Assembly: GCF_004376175.1 (NCBI RefSeq)
Contig: NZ_SNUY01000007.1
Coordinates: 67,663 to 99,662, forward strand
Direction of reading: 5' to 3'
Origin: Halalkalibacterium halodurans
GTDB taxonomy: Bacteria > Bacillota > Bacilli > Bacillales > Bacillaceae_D
DNA length: 32,000 nucleotides
Part shown: piece by piece, positions 8,947 through 17,824 of the stretch
How positions within the stretch are numbered: the stretch's first letter is position 1
How the letters are laid out: each line of letters starts with the position of its first letter
Notes under the pieces: model-generated
What the model was told of the DNA's origin: nothing
What the model saw: the letters and a program-made list of their open reading frames with translations, nothing else
Database searches by the model: none
Program-made: the position numbers and the translations under genes

Positions 8947-10263
8947 GTGAAAAGGAAAACGCTTACAAGTTGGGTCGCGCTCGCTTTTGCTTCCGTCATG
9001 CTTCTTGCTGGCTGCGGCGGTGGAAATGACGAAGCAAGCGGGCCAGATACTTCTACTGAAGAGGACGTGACGATTAATTTCATGCATCTTTGGCCACAAG
9101 GAAGCTCTCCGGATCATAACCGAATCGTCAACCAAATCATTAGCGAATTTGAGGCGGACAATCCTCATATTACCGTCGAGCTAGAAGTGTTAGAAAACGA
9201 ACAATATAAAAACAAGCTGCAAGTCATTTCATCCTCCAATCAACTTCCTGACGTTGGGATGACTTGGCCTGCCGGATTCCTAGAGCCTTATGTAAACGGG
9301 AAGTTGTTCACTCCGCTTGACGATATTCTTGAAGATGGGTTGCGAGAGCAATTTGTCGCAGGGACGGTCGAAGCCTATGAAATCGACGGTCAAGCCTACG
9401 CTCTTCCACTTGAATTAAACATCGCCCCTGTGTTTTACAACAAGGCGATTTTTGATGAGTATGGACTTGAAGCACCTGAAACGTACGAAGAATTTATACA
9501 CGTTGTGGATACCCTTGTGGAAAACGGGGTGACCCCGATTGCTCTAGGAAACCGTGACCGCTGGACAGGGTCCCTATGGTATATGTACATGGCCGAACGG
9601 ATCGGGGGCGCAGATGCGTTAAATTCTGCGATCGACCGAAGCGGGTCCTTTGAAGATGAGCGGCTAATCGACGCAGCGGCGCACATTCAAGAGTTAATTG
9701 ATCGCGACGCATTCATCCGTGGATTCAACGGCTTATCTGATCAGGAAGCGAAAGCTGAATTTATGAATGGCGGGGCTGCCATGTATTTAATCGGCTCATG
9801 GGATTTGCCGAACTATACAACAAATGAGGAAGTACCACAAGAATTCCGTGACGGTATTAGCTTCTTTAAATTTCCGACCATTGACGGTGGAGAAGGAGAC
9901 ATTAACAGCTGGGTCGGTGGTCCTGGGGTTGGATTGTTTGTCGCTGAAAACTCCGATGTGAAAGAAGAAGCCAAACAATTTGTCAAATACTTTATCGAAG
10001 AGTGGGGTAAATATTCAGTCGAGGATGCAGGCGTTATTCCTGGTACCCAAGTCAATACCGATGAGGTGGATCTCCCTGATCTCTTTATCGACGTGCTCGA
10101 TGAATTAAACCACGCCTCTGACATTACACTGTTTGCAGATGTGCAAATGAGTGCGAGCGTTGCAGAGACGCATTTGAATATGATTCAATCCCTTTTCGGT
10201 CATGAGGTCACACCAGAGGCATTCGCTGAGGAACACGAAAAAGCGCTCTCAGCAGAAGATTAA
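8947..10263 (+). CDS. ABC transporter extracellular solute-binding lipoprotein (family 1, oligosaccharide)
   Basis: The preferred start is GTG 8947, preceded by the RBS AAAGGGGGA. This gives VKRKTLTSWVALAFASVMLLAGCGG with a lipobox (LAGC). The track ORF starts 90 nt earlier without an RBS. Confidence 0.85.
   Translation: MKRKTLTSWVALAFASVMLLAGCGGGNDEASGPDTSTEEDVTINFMHLWPQGSSPDHNRIVNQIISEFEADNPHITVELEVLENEQYKNKLQVISSSNQLPDVGMTWPAGFLEPYVNGKLFTPLDDILEDGLREQFVAGTVEAYEIDGQAYALPLELNIAPVFYNKAIFDEYGLEAPETYEEFIHVVDTLVENGVTPIALGNRDRWTGSLWYMYMAERIGGADALNSAIDRSGSFEDERLIDAAAHIQELIDRDAFIRGFNGLSDQEAKAEFMNGGAAMYLIGSWDLPNYTTNEEVPQEFRDGISFFKFPTIDGGEGDINSWVGGPGVGLFVAENSDVKEEAKQFVKYFIEEWGKYSVEDAGVIPGTQVNTDEVDLPDLFIDVLDELNHASDITLFADVQMSASVAETHLNMIQSLFGHEVTPEAFAEEHEKALSAED
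8954..8967. promoter_or_regulatory. cre-like (CcpA) box inside the 5' end of the binding-protein gene
   Basis: GGAAAACGCTTACA matches the cre consensus TGWAANCGNTNWCA at 13/14 positions. Confidence 0.35.
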
Positions 10264-10337
10264 GTATGGAAAAGGGCGATCTTCCTCTGAAGATCCCCCC
10301 TTTCTTTTGACCTTTTACCTCGAAAGGAGAGTCACTC

Positions 10338-11219
10338 ATGGACCGAATCATGTCAGACAAAAAAGTGATCGCTCTGTATGTCCTTCCCGCCCTCCTGTTA
10401 ATTCTTGTCCTTATTTATATTCCGATTGTATTGACAGGCTACTACGGGCTAATGGATTGGGATGGCATCGGACCGATGACGTTTATCGGCTTAGAAAACT
10501 ACGCAAATTTACTTGTGGATAAAATGTTTTGGAGCAGCGCCTATCATTCGCTGTTGTTAGCTATTTTCTCCGTGCTTAGTCTCGTCATTTATTTGGCGAT
10601 CTCTCTCGTACTAACGGGAAATATTAAAGGAGCTGACCTTTTCCGGAAAATTTTCCTGATTCCTATGCTCCTTTCATCGGTTGCTATTGCTCAACTATGG
10701 ATGAGAATCTATCATCCGACTAACGGTGTGTTTAATCGGTTTCTCACATCGCTCGGGATTGAGAATCCGCCATTATGGCTTTCCGACACAAATATCGTCT
10801 TGTTCGCGATCTTCATCCCGATTCTTTGGCAGTATGCGGGCTTTTACATTTTAATCTATTATGCTGCCTTGCGAAATGTACCGAATGAGTTAGTAGAAGC
10901 GGCGCAAATCGACGGTGCCACACCGCTGCAAATTGCTTACAAAGTAAAGCTGCCGTTAATTGCTGGTGTCATCAAAGTTACGGTCGTTCTCGCCGTCATC
11001 GGCTCACTGAAATATTTTGACTTGATCTATGTCATGACGGACGGTGGACCGAACGGGGCGAGTGAAGTGATGGCCTCTTACATGTACAAGCTTGCGTTTC
11101 GTACGAACGACTTCGGATACGGGAGCGCGATCGGCTTCTTCTTGCTCATCTTAATTTTAATCATCACTTATTTCATTCGAAAAGGGACCACTTCAAAAGA
11201 AGATGGCGTCCAATATTAA
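10338..11219 (+). CDS. Sugar ABC transporter permease (MalF/LplB-like)
   Basis: Six predicted TM segments. EAA loop is EAAQIDGATPLQIAYKVKLP. RBS is AAAGGAGAG. Confidence 0.9.
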   Translation: MDRIMSDKKVIALYVLPALLLILVLIYIPIVLTGYYGLMDWDGIGPMTFIGLENYANLLVDKMFWSSAYHSLLLAIFSVLSLVIYLAISLVLTGNIKGADLFRKIFLIPMLLSSVAIAQLWMRIYHPTNGVFNRFLTSLGIENPPLWLSDTNIVLFAIFIPILWQYAGFYILIYYAALRNVPNELVEAAQIDGATPLQIAYKVKLPLIAGVIKVTVVLAVIGSLKYFDLIYVMTDGGPNGASEVMASYMYKLAFRTNDFGYGSAIGFFLLILILIITYFIRKGTTSKEDGVQY

Positions 11220-11233
11220 AGGGGGGAACGTTG

Positions 11234-12115
11234 ATGAAGACAACCACACCTAATGCGAGCCCGGCTATCCTAGCGAACACACGGCCTCGCAAACTTTCAA
11301 TCATCCGCATCCTTTTGTACATCGTGCTCATCGGGGTGGCCATCATTCAGCTTCTTCCTTTAGTATGGTTGCTCCTCTTCTCCTTAAAGGACAATCAAGA
11401 GGTGTTTAACCTCCCGCCGCTTGCCTTGCCGACCGACCCAAAATGGGAAAACTACGCCAAGGTTTGGACGGAAGGAAACATCGGCCTCTACTTTTTGAAC
11501 AGCGTAATCGTGACCGGCTCTGCCGTCATTCTTACGGTTCTTTTAGCGAGCTTCGTCACATTCGCCCTGACGAGAATGCACTGGAAGCTGAGCAAGCTCG
11601 TTCTTGGCTTATTTATGGTCGGTTTGATGATCCCTGTCCACTCGACGCTCATTCCGTTGTTTAATTTCTTTTTAAACGTCGGGTTAATGGATCATCCCCT
11701 TGCGATCATTTTGACGTATACGGCGTTCAATCTACCACTGACGATCATGATTTTGCTCGGCTTTTATTACACGCTCCCACGAGAGCTAGAAGAGGCAGCA
11801 ATCATGGACGGTTGCTCCATCCATCGGCTATTTTTCCAAATTATTTTGCCGATGACCGCCCCTGTTGTTGCGACAACGGCGATCATTAATATGATCTATA
11901 ACTGGAATGAGTTTGTCTTTGTCAACACGTTTATTAGCTCTGACAAATATAAAACGTTAACCGTTGGTATTCAAAATTTTATCGGCCAATATTCGACGGA
12001 TTGGGGGGCGATCGGTGCTACCCTTGTCATTAGCATCCTCCCGATTTTGCTTGCGTTTATTTTCTTAAGCAACCGGATTGTGGAAGGGATCACAGCCGGC
12101 TCTGTGAAAGGTTAA
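11234..12115 (+). CDS. Sugar ABC transporter permease (MalG/AraQ-like)
   Basis: EAA loop is EAAIMDGCSIHRLFFQIILP. ATG 11234 lies 7 nt after the GGGGGG RBS. The track lists TTG 11231. Confidence 0.9.
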   Translation: MKTTTPNASPAILANTRPRKLSIIRILLYIVLIGVAIIQLLPLVWLLLFSLKDNQEVFNLPPLALPTDPKWENYAKVWTEGNIGLYFLNSVIVTGSAVILTVLLASFVTFALTRMHWKLSKLVLGLFMVGLMIPVHSTLIPLFNFFLNVGLMDHPLAIILTYTAFNLPLTIMILLGFYYTLPRELEEAAIMDGCSIHRLFFQIILPMTAPVVATTAIINMIYNWNEFVFVNTFISSDKYKTLTVGIQNFIGQYSTDWGAIGATLVISILPILLAFIFLSNRIVEGITAGSVKG

Positions 12116-12140
12116 TCAATAGAATCGAAGGAGTGATTTG

Positions 12141-13727
12141 ATGGTCAATCGTATCCAAAATCCTATTTTGCCAGGGTTTCATCCAGACCCATCCATTGTC
12201 CGTGTTGGTGATGATTACTATATCGCCACCTCTACATTTGAATGGTTTCCTGGGGTGCGCATCCACCATTCTCGGGATTTAAAACATTGGCGCTTTGTAT
12301 CTAGTCCGCTGACCCGCACTTCCCAACTAGACATGAAAGGGAATATGAACTCCGGCGGGATATGGGCGCCATGCCTAAGCTATCATGACGGAACCTTTTA
12401 TTTGATCTATACTGATGTGAAGCAATGGCACGGTGCCTTCAAAGACGCGCACAACTATTTAGTGACGGCGCAAAACATTGAAGGGCCGTGGTCGGACCCG
12501 ATTTACTTAAACAGTAGCGGCTTTGACCCGTCCCTGTTTCACGATGACGATGGCCGAAAATGGCTCGTTAACATGATCTGGGACTACCGCAAAGGAAACC
12601 ATCCTTTTGCCGGAATTATTTTGCAAGAATACTCAGAAGCAGAACAAAAACTTGTCGGGCCTGTGAAAAATATCTATAAAGGGACCGACATTCAGCTAAC
12701 AGAGGGACCGCACCTCTATAAGAAAGATGGTTATTATTATTTACTTGTCGCCGAAGGAGGGACGGAATACGAACACGCCGCGACCCTTGCCCGTTCGCAA
12801 TCGATTGACGGACCTTATGAGACCGACCCGAGTTATCCGCTCGTCACATCGACTGGTCAGCCGGAATTGGCGTTGCAAAAGGCCGGACACGGTAGCCTCG
12901 TAGAAACCCAGAACGGCGAATGGTATCTCGCTCACTTGTGCGGTCGCCCATTAAAAGGAAAGTACTGCACACTCGGCAGGGAAACAGCCATTCAAAAAGT
13001 AAACTGGACCGAGGATGGCTGGCTGCGCATCGAGGATGGCGGCAATCACCCGTTGCGTGAAGTGACGGCGCCTGACCTTCCAGAGCACCCATTCGAAAAA
13101 GAGCCAGAGCTCGATAATTTTGACGCACCTCAGCTGCACCATCAATGGAACACGCTGCGCATCCCTGCCGACCCGTCATGGTGCTCGCTCGAGGAACGTC
13201 CGGGCCACTTACGACTGCGCGGGATGGAGTCCCTCACTTCGGTCCACTCGCAAAGTTTAGTCGCCCGCAGGCAGCAGTCCTTCCACTGCGAAGTTGAGAC
13301 AAAGCTAGAGTATCAGCCAGAATCGTTTCAACATATGGCCGGGCTTGTCATTTACTATGACACAGAAGATCATGTCTATTTGCACGTGACCTGGCACGAG
13401 GAAAAGGGTAGATGTCTGCAAATCATACAGACAAAGGGCGGAAACTATGACGAATTGCTAGCGTCCCCGATCCCACTAGCAAACGAAAAGGCCATTTATT
13501 TGAAGGGGCGCATTCACCGTGAAACGATGCACCTCTATTTCAAACAAGAGGGAGAAACGGAATGGCAGCCTGTGGGGCCAACGATTGATGTGACCCACAT
13601 GTCCGACGATTCAGCGAAGCAAGTTCGATTTACCGGCACATTTGTCGGCATGGCTACGCAAGACTTGAGCGGCACGAAAAAGCCAGCTGATTTTGATTAC
13701 TTTCGCTATAAAGAACTAGATCAATAA
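12141..13727 (+). CDS. xynB: GH43 beta-xylosidase (xylan 1,4-beta-xylosidase) with C-terminal beta-sandwich domain
   Basis: NPILPGFHPDPSIVRVGDDYYIATSTFEWFPGV, GIWAPCLSYHDGTFYLIYT, TEGPHLYKKDGYYYLLVAEGG. This matches the XynB-type GH43 architecture of about 530 aa. ATG 12141 lies 8 nt after GAAGGAG. Confidence 0.95.
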   Translation: MVNRIQNPILPGFHPDPSIVRVGDDYYIATSTFEWFPGVRIHHSRDLKHWRFVSSPLTRTSQLDMKGNMNSGGIWAPCLSYHDGTFYLIYTDVKQWHGAFKDAHNYLVTAQNIEGPWSDPIYLNSSGFDPSLFHDDDGRKWLVNMIWDYRKGNHPFAGIILQEYSEAEQKLVGPVKNIYKGTDIQLTEGPHLYKKDGYYYLLVAEGGTEYEHAATLARSQSIDGPYETDPSYPLVTSTGQPELALQKAGHGSLVETQNGEWYLAHLCGRPLKGKYCTLGRETAIQKVNWTEDGWLRIEDGGNHPLREVTAPDLPEHPFEKEPELDNFDAPQLHHQWNTLRIPADPSWCSLEERPGHLRLRGMESLTSVHSQSLVARRQQSFHCEVETKLEYQPESFQHMAGLVIYYDTEDHVYLHVTWHEEKGRCLQIIQTKGGNYDELLASPIPLANEKAIYLKGRIHRETMHLYFKQEGETEWQPVGPTIDVTHMSDDSAKQVRFTGTFVGMATQDLSGTKKPADFDYFRYKELDQ

Positions 13728-13755
13728 TCTAAGAGAAAAGATTGGAGGATTTCCG

Positions 13756-14379
13756 ATGTCGCTTGCCTGGCTATCCAATGGATTTTACAGAGCATGTGAA
13801 TGGATCATGACACTCGCCTACTTGAACTTTTTGTGGGCGGTATTCACCCTAGCTGGCGGCATCGTGTTTGGGCTTTTCCCGGCGACCATCGCCATGTACG
13901 GGTACATCCGAATGTTGCTGCAGAAAAAAAGCCCCCCTCCTCTGTTTTCGTACTTCTGGAAAACATGGAAGCAGGCCTTTGTTCGCGGCAATTTGCTTTT
14001 CGCTATTTTTGCTGGCGCCGGCTGCATCATCGGGCTGAACCTTTTGACGATGCAGCAGCTTGAAGGCCCGCTTCACACCATCTCACTCGTCGGGACGACC
14101 ATTGCCAGCATTCTGTTTGTCATCGCCTTCGTGTACATTTTTCCTGTCTACGTCCATTATGATTTATCCTTGAAGGCATCGATTTATGTGGCTGTGTTTT
14201 TACCGTTTTCCCACCCACTCACGTTGATCATAAGCGTCGCTGGATTTCTCGCAATCGCCTTACTTTTTTTCATCCTCCCGCCCATGCTGCCATTTTTCGC
14301 TGCAAGCTGCACCGCGTTTGTCATTATGACAGGAAGCATGTTCGCCTTTCGCGGTGTTCGCACCGTAAACGGAAGTTGA
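13756..14379 (+). CDS. DUF624/YesL-like integral membrane protein
   Basis: YLNFLWAVFTLAGGIVFGLFPATIAMYGYIR is the typical N-terminal motif of the family. The protein is multi-TM. RBS is GGAGG. Confidence 0.8.
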   Translation: MSLAWLSNGFYRACEWIMTLAYLNFLWAVFTLAGGIVFGLFPATIAMYGYIRMLLQKKSPPPLFSYFWKTWKQAFVRGNLLFAIFAGAGCIIGLNLLTMQQLEGPLHTISLVGTTIASILFVIAFVYIFPVYVHYDLSLKASIYVAVFLPFSHPLTLIISVAGFLAIALLFFILPPMLPFFAASCTAFVIMTGSMFAFRGVRTVNGS

Positions 14380-14420
14380 AAGCCGATTTTCCTTTTTGCT
14401 AAGGGGAATCGGTTTTTAAT
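14380..14420 (+). terminator. Rho-independent terminator ending the xyloside operon
   Basis: The stem 14383-14392 pairs with 14403-14412 (CCGATTTTCC / GGGGAATCGG, with G-U pairs) and is followed by TTTTTAATTT. Confidence 0.75.
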
Positions 14421-14546
14421 TTATTAACCTCCCCAGCCATTCTCTTGCATTTCAATTCATTATTTTACCTTAAAATAACAGTAGAACATAATAAAAGGAA
14501 ATCAAAAAGTCAAACGCGAATCTAATAGGCAATGCCCAGAAAGTAG

Positions 14547-15062
14547 GTGGCTTATTTGAATGTAGTCGATTATCGCTGGATCCAGCAAACACGAAAAACC
14601 TTATTAGATGCTTGCGAGAAATTATCAGCTGATGAGTGGACGGCTCAAAACGGGTACGGGTTGCAAAGTGTCCGAGACACATTGGTACACATGGCCGATT
14701 GTTATCATGCTTGGCTCGGCTCCTTTCTATTATTAAAAACGAAGTCGCCCATTTCCTCGAAGGAAGCTCGGCAAAAGATGACAATACATGATTGCATCGA
14801 ACGATTCAATCAAGCGGATATTTACGTGGAGGAAGTGTTCCGTCTACTTGGGGATCAATTAGACCAACCGATCGAGCGTACCATTCCTTGGAGAGAAGGC
14901 GGAGATCCCATCTCCATGACGCCGCGGAAATTACTTACCCATACGATGACCCATGAATTTCACCATAAAGGGCAAATTGTCGTGATGTTGCGCCAATTAG
15001 GACATGTACCGCCAAATACAGATGTATTAGGCACGAAAGATTCAACCGAAACCGAGACATAA
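14547..15062 (+). CDS. DinB-family (four-helix-bundle, His-triad) protein
   Basis: DTLVHMADCYHAWL ... LLTHTMTHEFHHKGQIVVMLRQLG. The start is ambiguous: GTG 14547, or TTG 14556 five nt after AGGTGG. Confidence 0.8.
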   Translation: MAYLNVVDYRWIQQTRKTLLDACEKLSADEWTAQNGYGLQSVRDTLVHMADCYHAWLGSFLLLKTKSPISSKEARQKMTIHDCIERFNQADIYVEEVFRLLGDQLDQPIERTIPWREGGDPISMTPRKLLTHTMTHEFHHKGQIVVMLRQLGHVPPNTDVLGTKDSTETET

Positions 15063-15120
15063 AGGAAGTGGCACCCTTGCAACAAATGAAGTATTGAAAA
15101 CAAAATGGGAGTCGATTGCC

Positions 15121-15651
15121 ATGAAAAAACTCTACATCATCACTGGACCCGCTGGGGTGGGAAAATCAACGACCTGCAAAAGATTAGCGGCCCAGCTAGA
15201 CAACAGTGCTTACATTGAAGGGGATATCATTAATCATATGGTAGTTGGCGGATACCGTCCGCCATGGGAAAGCGATGAATTGTTAGCCTTAACGTGGAAA
15301 AACATCACCGACTTAACCGTTAATTTTCTTCTTGCTCAAAACGATGTCGTCCTTGATTACATCGCGTTTCCTGACGAAGCCGAAGCGCTCGCTCAAACCG
15401 TTCAAGCTAAAGTGGATGACGTTGAAATTCGCTTTATTATTTTGTGGACGAATCGCGAGGAATTATTAAGAAGAGATGCATTAAGGAAAAAGGACGAACA
15501 GATGGGAGAGCGTTGCTTAGAATTGGTAGAAGAATTTGAAAGCAAAGGTATTGACGAGCGTTACTTCTACAACACCTCGCACCTTCAACCAACGAACCTA
15601 AACGACATCGTAAAAAATCTAAAAACGAATCCTCGGTTTATCTTTTGCTGA
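15121..15651 (+). CDS. P-loop NTPase, small-molecule/nucleotide-kinase-like (AAA_33-like)
   Basis: Walker A is MKKLYIITGPAGVGKST. A downstream acidic motif reads VVLDYIAF, and the lid is Arg-rich (LLRRDALRKKDE). There is no terminator between this gene and the DinB gene. Confidence 0.8.
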   Translation: MKKLYIITGPAGVGKSTTCKRLAAQLDNSAYIEGDIINHMVVGGYRPPWESDELLALTWKNITDLTVNFLLAQNDVVLDYIAFPDEAEALAQTVQAKVDDVEIRFIILWTNREELLRRDALRKKDEQMGERCLELVEEFESKGIDERYFYNTSHLQPTNLNDIVKNLKTNPRFIFC

Positions 15652-15720
15652 ATAGTCTTAAATCAATGAAGCAGATATTTGGAGAGAATCATTCAGAAAC
15701 GAAGGAAGGACAGCACTCCC

Positions 15721-16086
15721 ATGGAAAATGTATCAAATGCAAATAAATTGGAATCAATAAAATCTTTACAATCGACAAGCACTAAACTCGAAAATGCCCT
15801 GTCCCAGATGACTCAGAAAAGGGCAAATACTACCCTAGTAAAAAAACGACTCAACGCTATTAATATCGGCTTAGCCATACTAGAAAATGTTTGGAATCAA
15901 AGACCTCATCATTACACCAAGGAAGATTTAGCGGAAGCGCGCCATGTTCTTACTGGCTTATTACCATCCATTGAGAACAGTTATGCTAAGTCAAAAGCAG
16001 GTAGTCCTCAAAGAACCCTTTTAGAACGAAGAATAAAAGCATTGGAACTAGCTATTCAAGCGATTGATGATCTTTCTAATACATAA
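15721..16086 (+). CDS. Hypothetical all-helical protein (about 121 aa)
   Basis: The ORF follows the kinase-like gene without a terminator. Composition looks helical/coiled (LENALSQMTQKRANTTLVKKRLNAINIGLAILENVW ... LLERRIKALELAIQAIDDL). The start could also be TTG 15679. Confidence 0.6.
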   Translation: MENVSNANKLESIKSLQSTSTKLENALSQMTQKRANTTLVKKRLNAINIGLAILENVWNQRPHHYTKEDLAEARHVLTGLLPSIENSYAKSKAGSPQRTLLERRIKALELAIQAIDDLSNT

Positions 16087-16186
16087 CTTTCTAAGCTTTC
16101 GTAAAGTGATTTTAGGATCGAGAACACCTTTGTTATTCCCCCCTCCCCTATGGATCAAAGAATATTCATGGCTAAACCGAATATGC

Positions 16187-16507
16187 TTAGTTCCCAACTA
16201 CTTTTTTTACATTCCCTTTCCTCAGGTTCTTATTCTGATGAACATTTCTATTCACAAGATAGATTCCACTTATGATGAACAAGCCGCCCACGACAATTGA
16301 AAATGACAACGTCTCATCTAAAAGGGCCCAGCCAGATAAGACACCGAAAAAAGGGGCTAAAAACAAAAAGGCACTCGTTTTCCCTGGGTCTCCTTTCTGT
16401 AAGAGATAATACCACGAGGCAAATTGAACAATCGATGACATGATACTTAACCATAATAAAATGACTAGCATTGCATAAACGAATTGTATTTTACCAAGGT
16501 GTTAATA
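16187..16507 (-). pseudogene. EamA/DMT-family transporter, C-terminal fragment only
   Basis: FASWYYLLQKGDPGKTSAFLFLAPFFGVLSGWALLDETLSFSIVVGGLFIISGIYLVNR matches the last EamA repeat. The frame closes at a TAA near 16508, and the N-terminal two thirds of the protein are missing. Confidence 0.75.
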
Positions 16508-16511
16508 TAGA

Positions 16512-16871
16512 AAACTCTCGAAGTATCCAGTTCCACCTATTATACGTTGGTCCGTGTTTCAGTATTCCCATGACAGGACGATAAAACGAGCAAACACAAT
16601 CGTTGTAGGGCTGATAAGAGCATAATACGAACGGCTTTGCCTCATTTTCGAGTTTTCAAAGAGATTTCGCCGTCTTAAAGGACCTTTCGATATCCCAACG
16701 CATTCTATAGATTCGGACGACTTCCTGTTCTAACAAGGGACAATCGGTATTGAAGTCGGCCAACCAACCGATTTCTCGTTTCTGTTTTGAATAAGGCGTT
16801 CCATTAGCCATGGTCGTATCGGTGGAACGAAGAATACCTTTCTTTGATTGAATGGGGTTGGAATGGAACAA
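16512..16871 (-). mobile_element. IS4-family transposase remnant (internal fragment; boundaries approximate)
   Basis: ORF 16656..16871 ends in IYRMRWDIERSFKTAKSL, which fits the IS4 Y-(2)-R-(3)-E-(6)-K signature exactly. The N-terminal catalytic part is absent, and an in-frame stop follows KSL. Confidence 0.7.
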
Positions 16872-16911
16872 TCGATGTTACCTGACCTCTACTAGGAACT
16901 AAACTCAACAC

Positions 16912-16949
16912 AAGGAGGCTCCTTCAGAATTAACGAAGGAGTCTCCTTC
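16912..16949 (-). terminator. Double palindrome / terminator-like hairpin downstream of the ABC operon
   Basis: AAGGAGgCTCCTT (16912-16924) and GAAGGAGtCTCCTTC (16935-16949) are each self-complementary and also complementary to each other. They sit 30 nt after the permease stop. Confidence 0.5.
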
Positions 16950-16978
16950 TTAATCGTTCAACCCCTTCCAGCCTATCT

Positions 16979-17800
16979 TTATTTATCCCCTCTAAAAGAA
17001 AGCCCGTCGATAAAAAACCGACTAAAGAATGCATAGATCACAAGAACCGGGAGGGTGAAAATCATGGATGCTGCCATCACATAATTCCAGAACGTTACGT
17101 TATCTGACTGAAAGGAATTTAACCCAACCGGCAACGTATACATCGAGGCATCTGACATGACGATTAACGGACGCATGAAGTCATTCCAGAGCGCCATAAA
17201 GACGAAGATCGCTTGTGCAGCTAGTGCAGGTTTCGCCATTGGAAGCACAATTCGGAAAAACGTCCCCATTTGACTAAGCCCATCCATCGCAGCAGCTTCT
17301 TCCACTTCCTTTGGAAAGTTCACAAAGAACTGTCTCATCATGAAGATAAACGTGGCGTTTACCATGGCAGGGACGATCATGCCCTCATAAGAATTTAACC
17401 ACCCTAACTCACGCAAGATGAGGTAATTAGGGATCATCGTTACCTGGCCAGGAATCATTAAAACCGCTAGCACTAGAATAAACATGCTTTTTCTTCCACG
17501 AAAAGACAGACGAGCAAGCGCGTATCCAGCCATCGAGTTAAAAAGCAGATTTAAAGCGGTTCCCACAACGGCAATGATGACACTATTCATCAACCAACGT
17601 ACAAACAACGGTTGTGTTGAAATGATATATTGATAGTTATCAAGGGTCCAATTGCTAGGAAATAACGAAAAACTACCGACAATTTCATTTAATGGCTTAA
17701 ACGAAGCAAAGAAGGCCCACATAAACGGTGTAAACGTAACGAATGCATACCCAATAAGCAAGGAATACAAAATGATTTTTCCGATCTTTACTTGTTTCAT
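16979..17800 (-). CDS. Carbohydrate ABC transporter permease (MalG-like)
   Basis: EAA loop is EAAAMDGLSQMGTFFRIVLP. ATG 17800 is preceded by AGGAG. The track starts two codons earlier at a TTG. Confidence 0.9.
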   Translation of the reverse strand: MKQVKIGKIILYSLLIGYAFVTFTPFMWAFFASFKPLNEIVGSFSLFPSNWTLDNYQYIISTQPLFVRWLMNSVIIAVVGTALNLLFNSMAGYALARLSFRGRKSMFILVLAVLMIPGQVTMIPNYLILRELGWLNSYEGMIVPAMVNATFIFMMRQFFVNFPKEVEEAAAMDGLSQMGTFFRIVLPMAKPALAAQAIFVFMALWNDFMRPLIVMSDASMYTLPVGLNSFQSDNVTFWNYVMAASMIFTLPVLVIYAFFSRFFIDGLSFRGDK

Positions 17801-17824
17801 ATGCAATCACTCCTAATTTGTCGC

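Noticed and set aside
12741-13179. Several antisense ORFs inside the GH43 gene (12741..12935, 12844..13179, 12951..13145)
   Set aside because: They lie wholly within, and antisense to, a strongly supported CDS. Their Arg/Cys-rich translations are typical of the antisense strand of coding DNA. The same reasoning applies to the track ORFs at 315..596, 1055..1411, 1219..1476, 1511..1813, 2401..2685, 7689..8276, 9813..10124, 19274..19603, 21539..22047, 22819..23566, 24598..24994, 26406..26789, 27898..28374 and 28648..28920.
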